DNA from: an uncultured Candidatus Saccharibacteria bacterium
Lineage (GTDB): Bacteria; Patescibacteriota; Minisyncoccia; Phycocordibacterales; Phycocordibacteraceae
Length of the DNA: 64,000 nucleotides
Assembly (NCBI GenBank): GCA_964357395.1
Contig: CAYHLC010000001.1
Location: forward strand, 55,599-119,598
Direction: 5' to 3'
Shown here one piece after another: positions 27,618-37,193 of this stretch; within the stretch, counting starts at the first letter, position 1; every line of letters starts with the position of its first letter. The notes beneath the pieces are model-generated. The model searched no databases, had not been told where the DNA came from, and saw only the letters and a program-made list of their open reading frames with translations. The translations under genes and the position numbers were made by a program.

Positions 27618-28988
27618 ATGCGCTCCTTTTTTGCGTTTAGTGCGCTCGCACTCATCCTCTGTGGGACATTCTTTATTGCGGTACCTTCGGCATCCGCCGA
27701 GTTCCTGACCGAGGCTGACAAGGCACGATTGCAGGACGAATACAACAAGATCCAAGCCGAGATTAACGAGTGGCAGAAGGTCTTGGACGAGACACGGGCC
27801 AAGAAGAACTCCATCCAAGGCGATGTTACCAGCCTCAACGCTCTGATCAAAAAGGCTGCTGCCGAGATCAAGCAACGCGCGACGACGATTGCAAGGATCG
27901 GGAGCGATATTGCGGAGAAGTCAGAGCAGATCAGCAGCTATGAAGAAAAGCTGAATCGCGGTCGGGTCTCCCTGGCCGACATGCTGCGGAAGCAATTCGA
28001 AGCCGATGAGCGTTCGGTCGCAGAGTTGGTGCTCTCGTCCGACAACTTCGGCTCCTTTTATGGCGACCTAGAGGCGCTGGCATACGTGCGCAGCGACCTA
28101 CAGAATTTGTTTGATCAGGTACGCACGGTGAAGGCGGAGACCGAGGAGGAGAAGGCCGCACTCACCGAAAAGCGGAATCAGGAGCTCGACGCCAAGTACG
28201 ATGTCGAGAAGGCCAAGAAGCAGATCGCAGCAAACGAGGCAGAGAAGCGTCAGCTACTCTCGATAACAAAAAACCAGGAGGCCGCATACTCGAATGTGCT
28301 CGCAGAGCGGCAACGTCGTGCAGAGCAGATACGGAACGCACTCTTCCCACTCCGCGACACGGAGGGGATCTCGTTTGGTGACGCGCTCGACTACGCGGTC
28401 TATGCCTCGCAAAAAACAGGGGTCCGTGCGTCGCTCATCCTCGCGATCCTCTCGCAGGAGTCTGACCTCGGCAAGAACGTTGGTTCATGCTACGTGACGA
28501 ACCTCGAGAGTGGCGATGGTGTGGGCAAGAACACCGGACGGGTCTTTGAGCAGGTGATGAAGGCGCCTCGTGATACGCAGCCGTTCGAGCGGATCACCTC
28601 GGCCTTGGGGAGAGTATGGGGCGCCACGCCTGTCTCGTGTCCCCTGGGGCAGACCTACACCTCGGGACGCGGCTTCGGTGGCGCTATGGGCCCATCGCAG
28701 TTCATCCCTTCTACCTGGGTGCTGTATGAAAAGCGATTGGATGCTGCGCTCTCGGTGGGCCAAGCAGACCCATGGAATGCGAAGCATGCTGTTATGGCAA
28801 CGGCGCTCTACATGCAGGACTTGGGTGCTGCGGGTGGCGCGTATACCGCGGAGCGCAATGCCGCGTGTCGCTACTACTCGGGTCGCGCCTGCGACAGTAA
28901 GAAGCCCTCTAACTCGGCGTATGGAGACTCGGTAGTAAAGAAGGCAGAGAGCTTCCAGGAGAATATCGATTTCCTAAAGGGAAGTTAG
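27618..28988 (+). CDS. Secreted coiled-coil protein with C-terminal lytic transglycosylase (MltB/SLT-like) domain
   Basis: 456 aa. Signal peptide. ~230 aa heptad-rich coiled coil. Then LILAILSQESDLG (the catalytic Glu-Ser motif of the SLT fold) and GAMGPSQFIPSTW (MltB-like). Confidence 0.7.
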   Translation: MRSFFAFSALALILCGTFFIAVPSASAEFLTEADKARLQDEYNKIQAEINEWQKVLDETRAKKNSIQGDVTSLNALIKKAAAEIKQRATTIARIGSDIAEKSEQISSYEEKLNRGRVSLADMLRKQFEADERSVAELVLSSDNFGSFYGDLEALAYVRSDLQNLFDQVRTVKAETEEEKAALTEKRNQELDAKYDVEKAKKQIAANEAEKRQLLSITKNQEAAYSNVLAERQRRAEQIRNALFPLRDTEGISFGDALDYAVYASQKTGVRASLILAILSQESDLGKNVGSCYVTNLESGDGVGKNTGRVFEQVMKAPRDTQPFERITSALGRVWGATPVSCPLGQTYTSGRGFGGAMGPSQFIPSTWVLYEKRLDAALSVGQADPWNAKHAVMATALYMQDLGAAGGAYTAERNAACRYYSGRACDSKKPSNSAYGDSVVKKAESFQENIDFLKGS

Positions 28989-29013
28989 CCACCGTTTCCT
29001 GTGGGAAACACCT

Positions 29014-29721
29014 ATGCAGCGCTGCGGCGGTGCTACCATTCAGGTAATGCCGCCTAATGTCCAGCCGCAGGTACCAACGCCTGTGCCCGCATCCAAAAGC
29101 GGACTTCTAGTTGTTTTCTTATTAATCGTTACACTTCTTGTTGGAGGAGGGTATTTGGGTAGTTTGATAGGTATTTTCTCTCCGGTTCATGGGTCAGTGT
29201 CAGTTTTGGTTCGAGGAACAGACGATACACGTTCCGTGCAGTATCTGAACCTCGCCTCCGGGGTTCACGAAGTGCGCACCGATATCAATGCCTCGGAGTT
29301 CGCAGCCGAGAATATTAAGATTTTTGCACTCAGCGATGGTACCTATATTACGCTTTCGTCGGCGGGCATTGTCCGCAAGAACGATACCGATGGCTCGGAG
29401 AGCCTCCTTGTGGCTACACCAGTTGCACCTGTTATGGCACGAACCCCACTTGCAGTGTGGGGGGATGGCCTCCGCATCGCGTGGGTCAATCCGGCCGATC
29501 ACTCATTGCAGGTATTCGCCAAAAACGCACGTGGCGCGTACCTACCGATCTTTGCGTCAGGTAATGTAATTGCAAACTCAGTCTTGTTTACTGAGGCAGG
29601 GGACACGGTAGTCCTGACCCGTATCGCGAACGACGAGACAGAGGTATTTGCTATCGACCTCGCATCGGGACAGATGACGAGGGTTAAAACTATGCAAGGA
29701 TTTGCAACACTTTTGCCATGA
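29014..29721 (+). CDS. Membrane-anchored PD40/TolB-like beta-propeller repeat protein, paralog 1
   Basis: 235 aa. N-terminal TM (LLVVFLLIVTLLVGGGYL). The repeat LRIAWVNPADHSLQVF is shared with the paralog at 31914. Confidence 0.5.
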   Translation: MQRCGGATIQVMPPNVQPQVPTPVPASKSGLLVVFLLIVTLLVGGGYLGSLIGIFSPVHGSVSVLVRGTDDTRSVQYLNLASGVHEVRTDINASEFAAENIKIFALSDGTYITLSSAGIVRKNDTDGSESLLVATPVAPVMARTPLAVWGDGLRIAWVNPADHSLQVFAKNARGAYLPIFASGNVIANSVLFTEAGDTVVLTRIANDETEVFAIDLASGQMTRVKTMQGFATLLP

Positions 29722-31910
29722 AAAAAACTCTCTACTCGCTCATAGCTCTCACAATAGCTGGCGCAAGTATCTTTGGAGTGTCGAGCATGACCGAAGCGCA
29801 GTACACGGTGCCCGGATTTACACTCACGAACGACTCGACTTGTGTGGGTGGCACCATGATCCTCCAGTACGGAGACGTACAGGACACTGGTGCTGGAATA
29901 GCGGCAAAGGCACTCGCGGTGCAGGATTGCCAGTACTACATGACCGGCCCAAATCAGTGCTGCTCGGTCAAGTACCGTAGAGCCACACCAGCGCCCCCTG
30001 CTATTGGCTCGCACGTGTTTCAATACGAGGTCTATCAGGGTGGGGTAGTGGGACCTTCAACTCCTCCTCCTGACACCGCGACTAGCCTCTATCAGCACTG
30101 GGCTGGCGTTTCTAGTCCTGCTAACTCGTGTATGGGGACGTGGCAGCTTGCCTCGACCGATATGTCTGATGTTGCGTGTACCGGGTCAGGTGGCGTATGC
30201 GTACCAAATGCGAACAATACAAATATCTATTCCGCACTCGCTACCTGCCCAAGCGCCAACCCAGACGGAGTTGCATGCAAGGTGGGAGACCCAGTCCTCC
30301 TACGGGGTGTGAAGGGGCCACTCACCTACGGCACCAGCTGTAAGTGGAATTCGGTAGAGCCCGGCAGCAATATCATTACGACGAATGTCTACAACTGTGT
30401 GGGCGCAAGCGGATCGATAGTCAGCACAAGTTGTGATCTGCCCGCGGCGCAGGTGACCGCAGACCTAGTAGCAAATCCAAATTCGATTGAGCTCGGCGAG
30501 CAGTCGCTCCTCACGTGGACCTCAACTGGAGCAACGTCCTGTACGAGCTCCGACTTTACTGTAACGAACAGCGCAACGCAGGGCTCTACCCCGGTAGCGC
30601 CAACTGCAACCAAGACCTACACCGTCACCTGTACGGGTGCAGGGGGGAGTGCGGACGCAAGCGCGACGGTCAGCGTTTCCACACCAGGGACTGAGCCTGA
30701 GCTTGCAGCAACGTGCCGCGTGCACCCAACGAGTGCAAGGACAGGCGAGACGGTGTTGTGGTCTTCAACGGTGACTGGTCCGCAGGGCTTGTACGCATAC
30801 TCGTGGAGCGGAAGCGAGAACCTAAGCGGTGTTGCGAACCAGGTATTTAAGACCTACGCGTCGACAGGACAGAAGACTGCGTCGCTTACCGTGACCTACA
30901 CCCCACCTGCACCTGTAGAAAGCAGTGGCGCAGAAAGTTCTTCAGTGGCGCCATCAACGACATCACCAACCACACCACCCACAGCCCCTACAACACCGGC
31001 GCTCGGTGATGGTCTGTTGGATACTGCGTGCACAACACTAGGCTGGACTACGCCAATTACGGCCTGCGCTGGTAGCTGGTCACCGACCTATAGTTCCGCT
31101 GGATGCCAGAACGGCTGGCAGTGCACCAGTACTATGCCTACGGACGGCGGCGGTGGCGGTACACTCCCCGCCGAGGACACGTCATTCCTCGACTCGTTGC
31201 AGGAGCTACTCAGGTTCGAATCATCACAGATCAACGAGATCCCAGAGATCCAAACAGTAGACGGTTCGGTGCTCGCAGCATCCGTTGGCCCGCAGACTAT
31301 TACAGTCCAGTGCGAGAACGCAGCGAACATTACAACGCCACCTGTGTATCAGTGTTCAGACGGAATCGATAACGATGATGATGGCCTTGCAGACGAAGAC
31401 GATCCAGGCTGCTACGTCGGCGGCACTCCTGGCGGCCAGCCAGGCGGTCCCGGCGGCGGTACCTACAATTCCGGCGGCGGGAGCGAGGGGACGACCCCGA
31501 ACCAATGCACTACCGGACTCTTCTGCAAAGGTACGGATGTATACTCACGGAACGCGCAGTGTGTCGAGTCCTTTGTTAAGAGTTGCCCATTCGGATGCCT
31601 TAATGGTGAGTGTATCGACGGCCCCGCAGAGGAGCCAGACCTAACGCTAAACGCAACTCCGCCGCTCATCAAGAAGGGTCAGTCCTGCACACTTGCAGTA
31701 AGTGCTCGCAGCGTGACGAGCTGCTCCTTAACTGGCAGTGGCGTGTCAGTTACGTTCCCCGCTACTGGTGGCATTGTTGCAGCAACAACAGTTATCACCC
31801 CATCCCTCACCGTGACGAGTCCGTACAAGCTTACGTGTACCGGTACTAACGGAGCAACATTGTCGAAGACGGTTGAGTGCAAGATCGCACCGTCGTTTGA
31901 GGAGTTCTGA
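29718..31910 (+). CDS. Giant secreted Cys-rich protein, paralog 1, with PKD-like repeats, a DxDxDG Ca-binding-like motif and a C-terminal APSFEEF tail
   Basis: 730 aa. Signal peptide MKKTLYSLIALTIAGASIFGV. Repeats such as ADLVANPNSIELGEQSLLTWTSTGATSCTSS and YSWSGSENLSGVANQVFKTY...LTVT (PKD-like). Contains CSDGIDNDDDGLADEDDPGC. Ends KIAPSFEEF. Confidence 0.6.
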   Translation: MKKTLYSLIALTIAGASIFGVSSMTEAQYTVPGFTLTNDSTCVGGTMILQYGDVQDTGAGIAAKALAVQDCQYYMTGPNQCCSVKYRRATPAPPAIGSHVFQYEVYQGGVVGPSTPPPDTATSLYQHWAGVSSPANSCMGTWQLASTDMSDVACTGSGGVCVPNANNTNIYSALATCPSANPDGVACKVGDPVLLRGVKGPLTYGTSCKWNSVEPGSNIITTNVYNCVGASGSIVSTSCDLPAAQVTADLVANPNSIELGEQSLLTWTSTGATSCTSSDFTVTNSATQGSTPVAPTATKTYTVTCTGAGGSADASATVSVSTPGTEPELAATCRVHPTSARTGETVLWSSTVTGPQGLYAYSWSGSENLSGVANQVFKTYASTGQKTASLTVTYTPPAPVESSGAESSSVAPSTTSPTTPPTAPTTPALGDGLLDTACTTLGWTTPITACAGSWSPTYSSAGCQNGWQCTSTMPTDGGGGGTLPAEDTSFLDSLQELLRFESSQINEIPEIQTVDGSVLAASVGPQTITVQCENAANITTPPVYQCSDGIDNDDDGLADEDDPGCYVGGTPGGQPGGPGGGTYNSGGGSEGTTPNQCTTGLFCKGTDVYSRNAQCVESFVKSCPFGCLNGECIDGPAEEPDLTLNATPPLIKKGQSCTLAVSARSVTSCSLTGSGVSVTFPATGGIVAATTVITPSLTVTSPYKLTCTGTNGATLSKTVECKIAPSFEEF

Positions 31911-31913
31911 TCC

Positions 31914-32819
31914 ATGGTTGATTTGGTCAAACAGTTCCGCTCTGTGCCTGTCATGCGGGTGTTGTTGCCCGGTGTCGCCGTGGTAGGAATTGCGGCTTTG
32001 CTCGTGTGGTATATCACCGATGACCCACTGCGTGGAGTGGTATATGTGACGGTGACGGACGGGCTCTCGCACGCTGCGACCATAACACTCCCTGAGCTTT
32101 CAACAACCACACTGCAGGTTGCAGACGCAGCTCTCTTGGCGCAGATACCAAGTCCCGACGGGGACTCTACTGCGTCGCTCACCGTTTCCTTGGAGGAGGG
32201 GAGAGGGATTGTGGTCAGTACAAGCGGTGCGTCGCGCACGGTGGTGCTCCACGGTACCATCCCCACTCCTCCCGCCTGGGCGCATGACTCCAGTACTTTT
32301 GCATTTGCAGTGTTGCCCGCTGAGTCTGAGGGGGATACTGGCAATCCTGCTACCTGGCAGGTGGTGCGTGCGGTTGCAAACGGAGACTCGTTAGTTCTGG
32401 GTCACGGATTCCGACCGATGCCCGCCTTTGATGATCGTGTGTACGCACTGACTGAGCGCGGCATCGAGCTGTTGGACTTTGGCAAAGTGGGCGAGATTGT
32501 GGTTGCGAGCGCGGCGCCCGTCCACACAGCGACTCCATTTGCCGCTTCGCCTGATGGCACACAGGTGGCGTGGGTTAATCCTGCTGATCGCTCGCTACAA
32601 GTCTTCGAGCACACTAACGGTTTTTTTGTACCACTTCTCTTCCTGCCCGGGGTGTCGCCGCATTCTATTGTCTTCTCACCGGACGGCATGTACCTGCTTG
32701 TGGCATTCCAAACAGAGACAGAAACACGCCTTTCCCGCATACGCATAGATGGCGGTAGCACCGATGCGGTAGGTGTATTGCAAGGTGGTGTGGCACTTCA
32801 TGCATGGCATTATGAATAA
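31914..32819 (+). CDS. Membrane-anchored PD40/TolB-like repeat protein, paralog 2
   Basis: 301 aa. N-terminal TM. SPDGTQVAWVNPADRSLQVF and FSPDGMYLL PD40-type repeats. Confidence 0.5.
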   Translation: MVDLVKQFRSVPVMRVLLPGVAVVGIAALLVWYITDDPLRGVVYVTVTDGLSHAATITLPELSTTTLQVADAALLAQIPSPDGDSTASLTVSLEEGRGIVVSTSGASRTVVLHGTIPTPPAWAHDSSTFAFAVLPAESEGDTGNPATWQVVRAVANGDSLVLGHGFRPMPAFDDRVYALTERGIELLDFGKVGEIVVASAAPVHTATPFAASPDGTQVAWVNPADRSLQVFEHTNGFFVPLLFLPGVSPHSIVFSPDGMYLLVAFQTETETRLSRIRIDGGSTDAVGVLQGGVALHAWHYE

Positions 32820-35124
32820 GATACACTCTGCACTTGCTGCACTTGTTATCGCGGTAGCACTCGTGTCGGTGGCGCACGCCTACACCACCACGGTCTATAA
32901 CGCGCAATGGTGTACCGGGGGCACGTTGGCCGGCACGGCACTGATACAGCCGACCAACAGTTGCGTATCATTTTGTGCGGGACTCTCGGCGACCTGCTGC
33001 ACTACCAAGCAGGTCTTGGAGCTGAATACGGGCGAGGTCACCTACGACTGCTCCGCCTACCTCAACACCACCACTCATGCCGCAAAGTCGAACCAGACGA
33101 TTAACTGTGGTGGCGAGCCGTGTATCCGCAACTCGTGGACTGCAACAGTCATAAACTATTCGGGGACGCCAGTGACCGCTGATATCGTTGCCAACCCTGG
33201 CACTATTACGACCGGGCAGTCGTCACTACTGACCTGGTCATCGACCGGGGCTACGAGCTGCACGGGCACTAACTTCTCAACCGGAGGGGCGGTGTCGGGA
33301 TCAATAAGTGTGGCGCCGGCAAGCGATACGCTCTATACGGTCACCTGTCAAAACGCGAGCACATCTGCAAACGACACGGTGTGGGTGTACCGACAAAATT
33401 TTAATGTATCTTGCACCGTTAACACTGGCACGGGTGGCGGGTACGGTATGGTCGGCACCCCAGTCACGTGGACCGCAGCACCACTCTATGGCCCTGGCGC
33501 CTACACGTACTCGTGGAGCGGGACGGACTCGCTCTCGGGATCAACCAATGCGGTACAAAAGACGTACACGACCAGCGGTCAGAAAGAGGCTACGGTAACT
33601 GTGACCTCGGGTGGCCTCAGCATCAGCACCGAGTGCATCTATAACAACTGCACCGCTTCGACGTGCCAATCCTCGGGCATCAACGTGATTTCCGGGGAGG
33701 GTGTAGACATTGCTGGTGGTATCCCGAGTATTAATTCCGGAAGCCTCGTGTCGGGCGGCACGCTGACGTTCTCGGGGCAGATCCAGAGTATTGGAACTGG
33801 AAGCATAGATGAGTATTTCCAAAACCGCTTCCAGGTAGATATTGGGAATGATGGTACGTACAACACCAACCTCGATATACTTGGGAGTACTGTTAGCTAT
33901 CCTAAGTATAACGCCACACAGATGTGCTCGGGCGGTACTCTCGTATATGAGGGGTCTGATGTGCAGGACACAGGAAACCTTAGCGATCCTGTCGGGCTTG
34001 CGCAGTTAAATTGTTCGAACGGCGGTGGCGCGGGGCCCGGATTGCAGTCTGGACAGTGCTGTCAGACAAACTTTCGTCATGAGAGTTGCGCGCCACCCAC
34101 TATCTGTTACTACTACTTTGACTGGAAGGTGTACAACAACGCTACTCTCGTTCCAGAGACCACCTCAGTTACGTGCCCAGCGAACTACAACTGCAGAGCA
34201 GGAACGATGGTTACTGCTACCGGCGTGCACTACACCATCCCGCTCGGCTCCAACGTGTCGGTGACCTCGCCATCGTGGACCAATATCCCACCCGGCACCC
34301 ACTCGGTGCGGCTCTGCGTGGACCAACCATCGCTCTCGCTCACTGAGACAAACGAGACCAACAACTGCGGCACGGCATACGTCTTTACGGTAGGTGGACC
34401 AGACTTTACCGCAAGCCAGCCGAACTTGAATTCGGGCTCACTGATAGCAGGTCAGCAACTTACGTTCTACGGGACTGTTACGAACGCGGGGACCCTGTCC
34501 CACACCGGCACCATCCCGAACCGCTTCCAGATCGACCTCAGTAACAACGGGTCGTGGGATACCAACCTCGACGCGTCCATCACTGACCTAGCTGTAGGCC
34601 AAACCAAGCAGCCTATCTCGCCAACATGGACCGCAACTTCTGGAACTCACGCGGTACGACTCTGCGCAGATACTCCTGCCAGTATTACAGAGAGTAACGA
34701 GTCCAACAATTGTGGATCGTCCTTCGTTATTACTGTTTCGGCGCCAACCCAGTGTCAGGACGGAGTCGATAACAACGGCAACGGACTCATTGACACCGCT
34801 GACCCAGCCTGCTCGAGTGGGGGAGATACATCAGAGGAGCTCCATGCTGTTGCAACGCTTGTTATGACCCCAAGCAAAACTACTGTGAAGACTGGTACCA
34901 CCACAACCCTTGTCTGGAGCGTAACAGAAGTCGTTACGAACTCCTGCAAGATCACCTCGAACGTTGGAGACTTGTGGAACCTGACTGGAACCTCGGGTAG
35001 CCAGGTCACCAGCCCAATAACCCAAGAGACGGTATACACCCTGACCTGTACCTCTATGAAGACAGGTGGCCCAGTTAGCACCACAACCAGAGTTCGACTC
35101 GCCCCATTCTTCGAGGAGATCTAG
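32812..35124 (+). CDS. Giant secreted Cys-rich protein, paralog 2, with PKD-like repeats, a DxDxNG Ca-binding-like motif and a C-terminal APFFEEI tail
   Basis: About 770 aa from MNKIHSALAALVIAVALVSVAHA. Repeats TADIVANPGTITTGQSSLLTWSSTGATSCTGT and YSWSGTDSLSGSTNAVQKTY...VTVT. Contains CQDGVDNNGNGLIDTADPAC. Ends RLAPFFEEI. The annotated ORF begins at 32773 inside the previous gene. Confidence 0.6.
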   Translation: MNKIHSALAALVIAVALVSVAHAYTTTVYNAQWCTGGTLAGTALIQPTNSCVSFCAGLSATCCTTKQVLELNTGEVTYDCSAYLNTTTHAAKSNQTINCGGEPCIRNSWTATVINYSGTPVTADIVANPGTITTGQSSLLTWSSTGATSCTGTNFSTGGAVSGSISVAPASDTLYTVTCQNASTSANDTVWVYRQNFNVSCTVNTGTGGGYGMVGTPVTWTAAPLYGPGAYTYSWSGTDSLSGSTNAVQKTYTTSGQKEATVTVTSGGLSISTECIYNNCTASTCQSSGINVISGEGVDIAGGIPSINSGSLVSGGTLTFSGQIQSIGTGSIDEYFQNRFQVDIGNDGTYNTNLDILGSTVSYPKYNATQMCSGGTLVYEGSDVQDTGNLSDPVGLAQLNCSNGGGAGPGLQSGQCCQTNFRHESCAPPTICYYYFDWKVYNNATLVPETTSVTCPANYNCRAGTMVTATGVHYTIPLGSNVSVTSPSWTNIPPGTHSVRLCVDQPSLSLTETNETNNCGTAYVFTVGGPDFTASQPNLNSGSLIAGQQLTFYGTVTNAGTLSHTGTIPNRFQIDLSNNGSWDTNLDASITDLAVGQTKQPISPTWTATSGTHAVRLCADTPASITESNESNNCGSSFVITVSAPTQCQDGVDNNGNGLIDTADPACSSGGDTSEELHAVATLVMTPSKTTVKTGTTTTLVWSVTEVVTNSCKITSNVGDLWNLTGTSGSQVTSPITQETVYTLTCTSMKTGGPVSTTTRVRLAPFFEEI

Positions 35125-35169
35125 CCCTACCTTGCTGAAGAAGTGTTTATTTGGTACAGTAGCTCCTGT

Positions 35170-35430
35170 ATGAAGCAGGGAGTACACCCGACCAATTACC
35201 GACCCGTCATCTTTGAGGACGCCTCAGCTGGGGTGAGCTTTCTTATCGGTTCGACCGTAGAGACCAAGTCCAAGGGGAAGTGGGATGGCAAGGAGTACGA
35301 TCTTGTTCAGGTAGAGATTAGCTCTGCGTCGCATCCGTTCTATACCGGAAAGAAGACCACTATTGACCGTGCTGGCCGCGTAGAGCGCTTTAAGGTCCGC
35401 GCATCTAAGGCGGGGGCTAAAAAGAAGTAA
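35170..35430 (+). CDS. rpmE: Ribosomal protein L31
   Basis: 86 aa from [17 protein letters not shown], ending near RFKVRA. The annotated ORF 35143..35430 has a 9-aa spurious extension. Confidence 0.85.
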   Translation: MKQGVHPTNYRPVIFEDASAGVSFLIGSTVETKSKGKWDGKEYDLVQVEISSASHPFYTGKKTTIDRAGRVERFKVRASKAGAKKK

Positions 35431-35439
35431 CGACACCTC

Positions 35440-35472
35440 AGACCTCTACTATAATGGTAGAGGTCTTTTTTA
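35440..35472 (+). terminator. Rho-independent terminator after rpmE whose loop is TATAATG
   Basis: agacctctac-tataatg-gtagaggtct, then ttttttat. The prfA ATG at 35474 follows immediately. Confidence 0.65.
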
Positions 35473-35473
35473 T

Positions 35474-36448
35474 ATGACAACACTCGAGGAGTACCACAAA
35501 GATCACCGCACCCGCTACCTGGCGGAGGAGCATGACCGCCTGACGGCAGAGATAGCACGCGCGGATGCTCTTGCAGCAGAGGACCCTGCGATGACAGAGC
35601 TTGCTGCCGAGGAGCGCGCTGCCTTGCTCACTAGCCAGGCAGAGGTCATAAAGCAGATGGAGCAGATACTGGGGAGTGGCGAGAGTCAGGGGCCCGGCGA
35701 GGCAGTCGCGGTAGTCATGGAGTTCCGTGCCGCAGCGGGTGGTGACGAGGCGAGCCTCTTTGCGAGTGAGCTGGCACGCATGTACCAGCGCTACGCCGAG
35801 CGACGCGGCTGGGAGGTCAAGCTCCTCAATGGGCACGCTGAGATAGAGATCAAGGGCAAGGCGGTGTACGAGGCGCTGAAGTATGAAACCGGTGTGCACC
35901 GCGTACAGCGCATCCCTAGTACGGAGAAGGCGGGCCGCATCCATACCTCGACAGCATCGGTTGCAATTTTACCGATCAGGAAGTTTAACAAAATGTCACT
36001 GAATCCATCTGACATCGAAATGGAGTTCTCTCGCTCGGGTGGTGCCGGAGGACAGAACGTCAACAAGGTCGAGTCTGCGGTTCGCCTTGTGCACAAACCG
36101 ACCGGACTCGAGGTCCGCTCGCAGTCAGAGCGTAGCCAGGCGGCCAACCGCGAAAAGGCGATGCAGATCCTCACTGCAAAGGTCGAGACATACGAGGAGG
36201 AAAAAGCCGCTCGTGAGCATTCGGAAGCTCGGAAGGCACAAATTGGTACGGGCGATCGGTCGGAAAAGATACGGACCTACAACTTTCCTCAGGACCGCCT
36301 GACGGACCACCGCATTAAGCAATCCTGGCACAACCTGCCTGCCATTATGGATGGGGACATCGAGGATATGGTCGCGGCCTTACAAAAGGTGGCAGCAGGG
36401 GGCTCCGTAGGATCTCTGCCCGTCGAAGAATTGCCGGAGGAGGACTAA
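35474..36448 (+). CDS. prfA: Peptide chain release factor 1
   Basis: 324 aa. PST tripeptide (RIPSTE, PxT-type, RF1-like rather than SPF of RF2). GGQ motif [16 protein letters not shown]. Confidence 0.85.
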   Translation: MTTLEEYHKDHRTRYLAEEHDRLTAEIARADALAAEDPAMTELAAEERAALLTSQAEVIKQMEQILGSGESQGPGEAVAVVMEFRAAAGGDEASLFASELARMYQRYAERRGWEVKLLNGHAEIEIKGKAVYEALKYETGVHRVQRIPSTEKAGRIHTSTASVAILPIRKFNKMSLNPSDIEMEFSRSGGAGGQNVNKVESAVRLVHKPTGLEVRSQSERSQAANREKAMQILTAKVETYEEEKAAREHSEARKAQIGTGDRSEKIRTYNFPQDRLTDHRIKQSWHNLPAIMDGDIEDMVAALQKVAAGGSVGSLPVEELPEED

Positions 36449-36466
36449 TGTGATACAGTAGCCCCT

Positions 36467-37168
36467 ATGCAGGATTCGAAAAATGGCATGATTCAGGCGC
36501 TCTTTAAGGTGGGGGCCCATTTCGGCTATGCACGCTCGCGTCGCCATGCCACCATGAAGTCATTCGTATTTGGTACCAAGAACAAGACAGACATTCTGGA
36601 CCTCACCCAGACAGCCCCTCTCCTCGAAGAGGTGTTAGAGTATGTGCGTATTCTCGGTACTCAGGGCAAGAACCTCCTCTTCGTCGGCGGTAAGCCAGAG
36701 GTGTCATCCATGGTCCGCACTTCAGCCGCATCCATTGGTATGCCGTATGTAGCGGGCAGGTGGCTCGGCGGTACGCTCTCCAACTTTGTCGAAATCAAGA
36801 AGCGTATGAATCGGATGAAGGAATTGATCGAGGGTAGGGAGTCGGGCACGCTTGCGCACAAGTACACCAAGAAGGAACGCCTCATGATCGACCGCGAGAT
36901 TGCCCGGCTCGAGGAAAACTTTGCCGGCCTCGTCACGATGGACCGCCTCCCTGACGCCCTCGTCATAGTTGACACTAAGCGGGAAGATAATGCAGTCAAG
37001 GAAGCTCGAGGATTAGGCATCCCAGTCATTGGTATAATGAATTCTGACTGCGATCGCAGTCTTGTGACTCACCCGATTATCGGGAATGATGCTTCGCGTG
37101 AGAGCGTCTCTTTCTTCCTAGGAGAGATCGCACAGGCATTCGAGGAGGGCCGCAAGGCTAAGACGTAA
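36467..37168 (+). CDS. rpsB: Ribosomal protein S2
   Basis: 233 aa. ...LFKVGAHFGYARSRR... and VIGIMNSDCD-like region. Confidence 0.9.
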   Translation: MQDSKNGMIQALFKVGAHFGYARSRRHATMKSFVFGTKNKTDILDLTQTAPLLEEVLEYVRILGTQGKNLLFVGGKPEVSSMVRTSAASIGMPYVAGRWLGGTLSNFVEIKKRMNRMKELIEGRESGTLAHKYTKKERLMIDREIARLEENFAGLVTMDRLPDALVIVDTKREDNAVKEARGLGIPVIGIMNSDCDRSLVTHPIIGNDASRESVSFFLGEIAQAFEEGRKAKT

Positions 37169-37193
37169 GTCTTAAATAACTCAAATAGTATAT

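Noticed and set aside
31679-32344. 221-aa minus-strand ORF spanning the giant protein 1 / PD40 paralog 2 junction
   Set aside because: Antisense to two coupled plus-strand genes. No motif.
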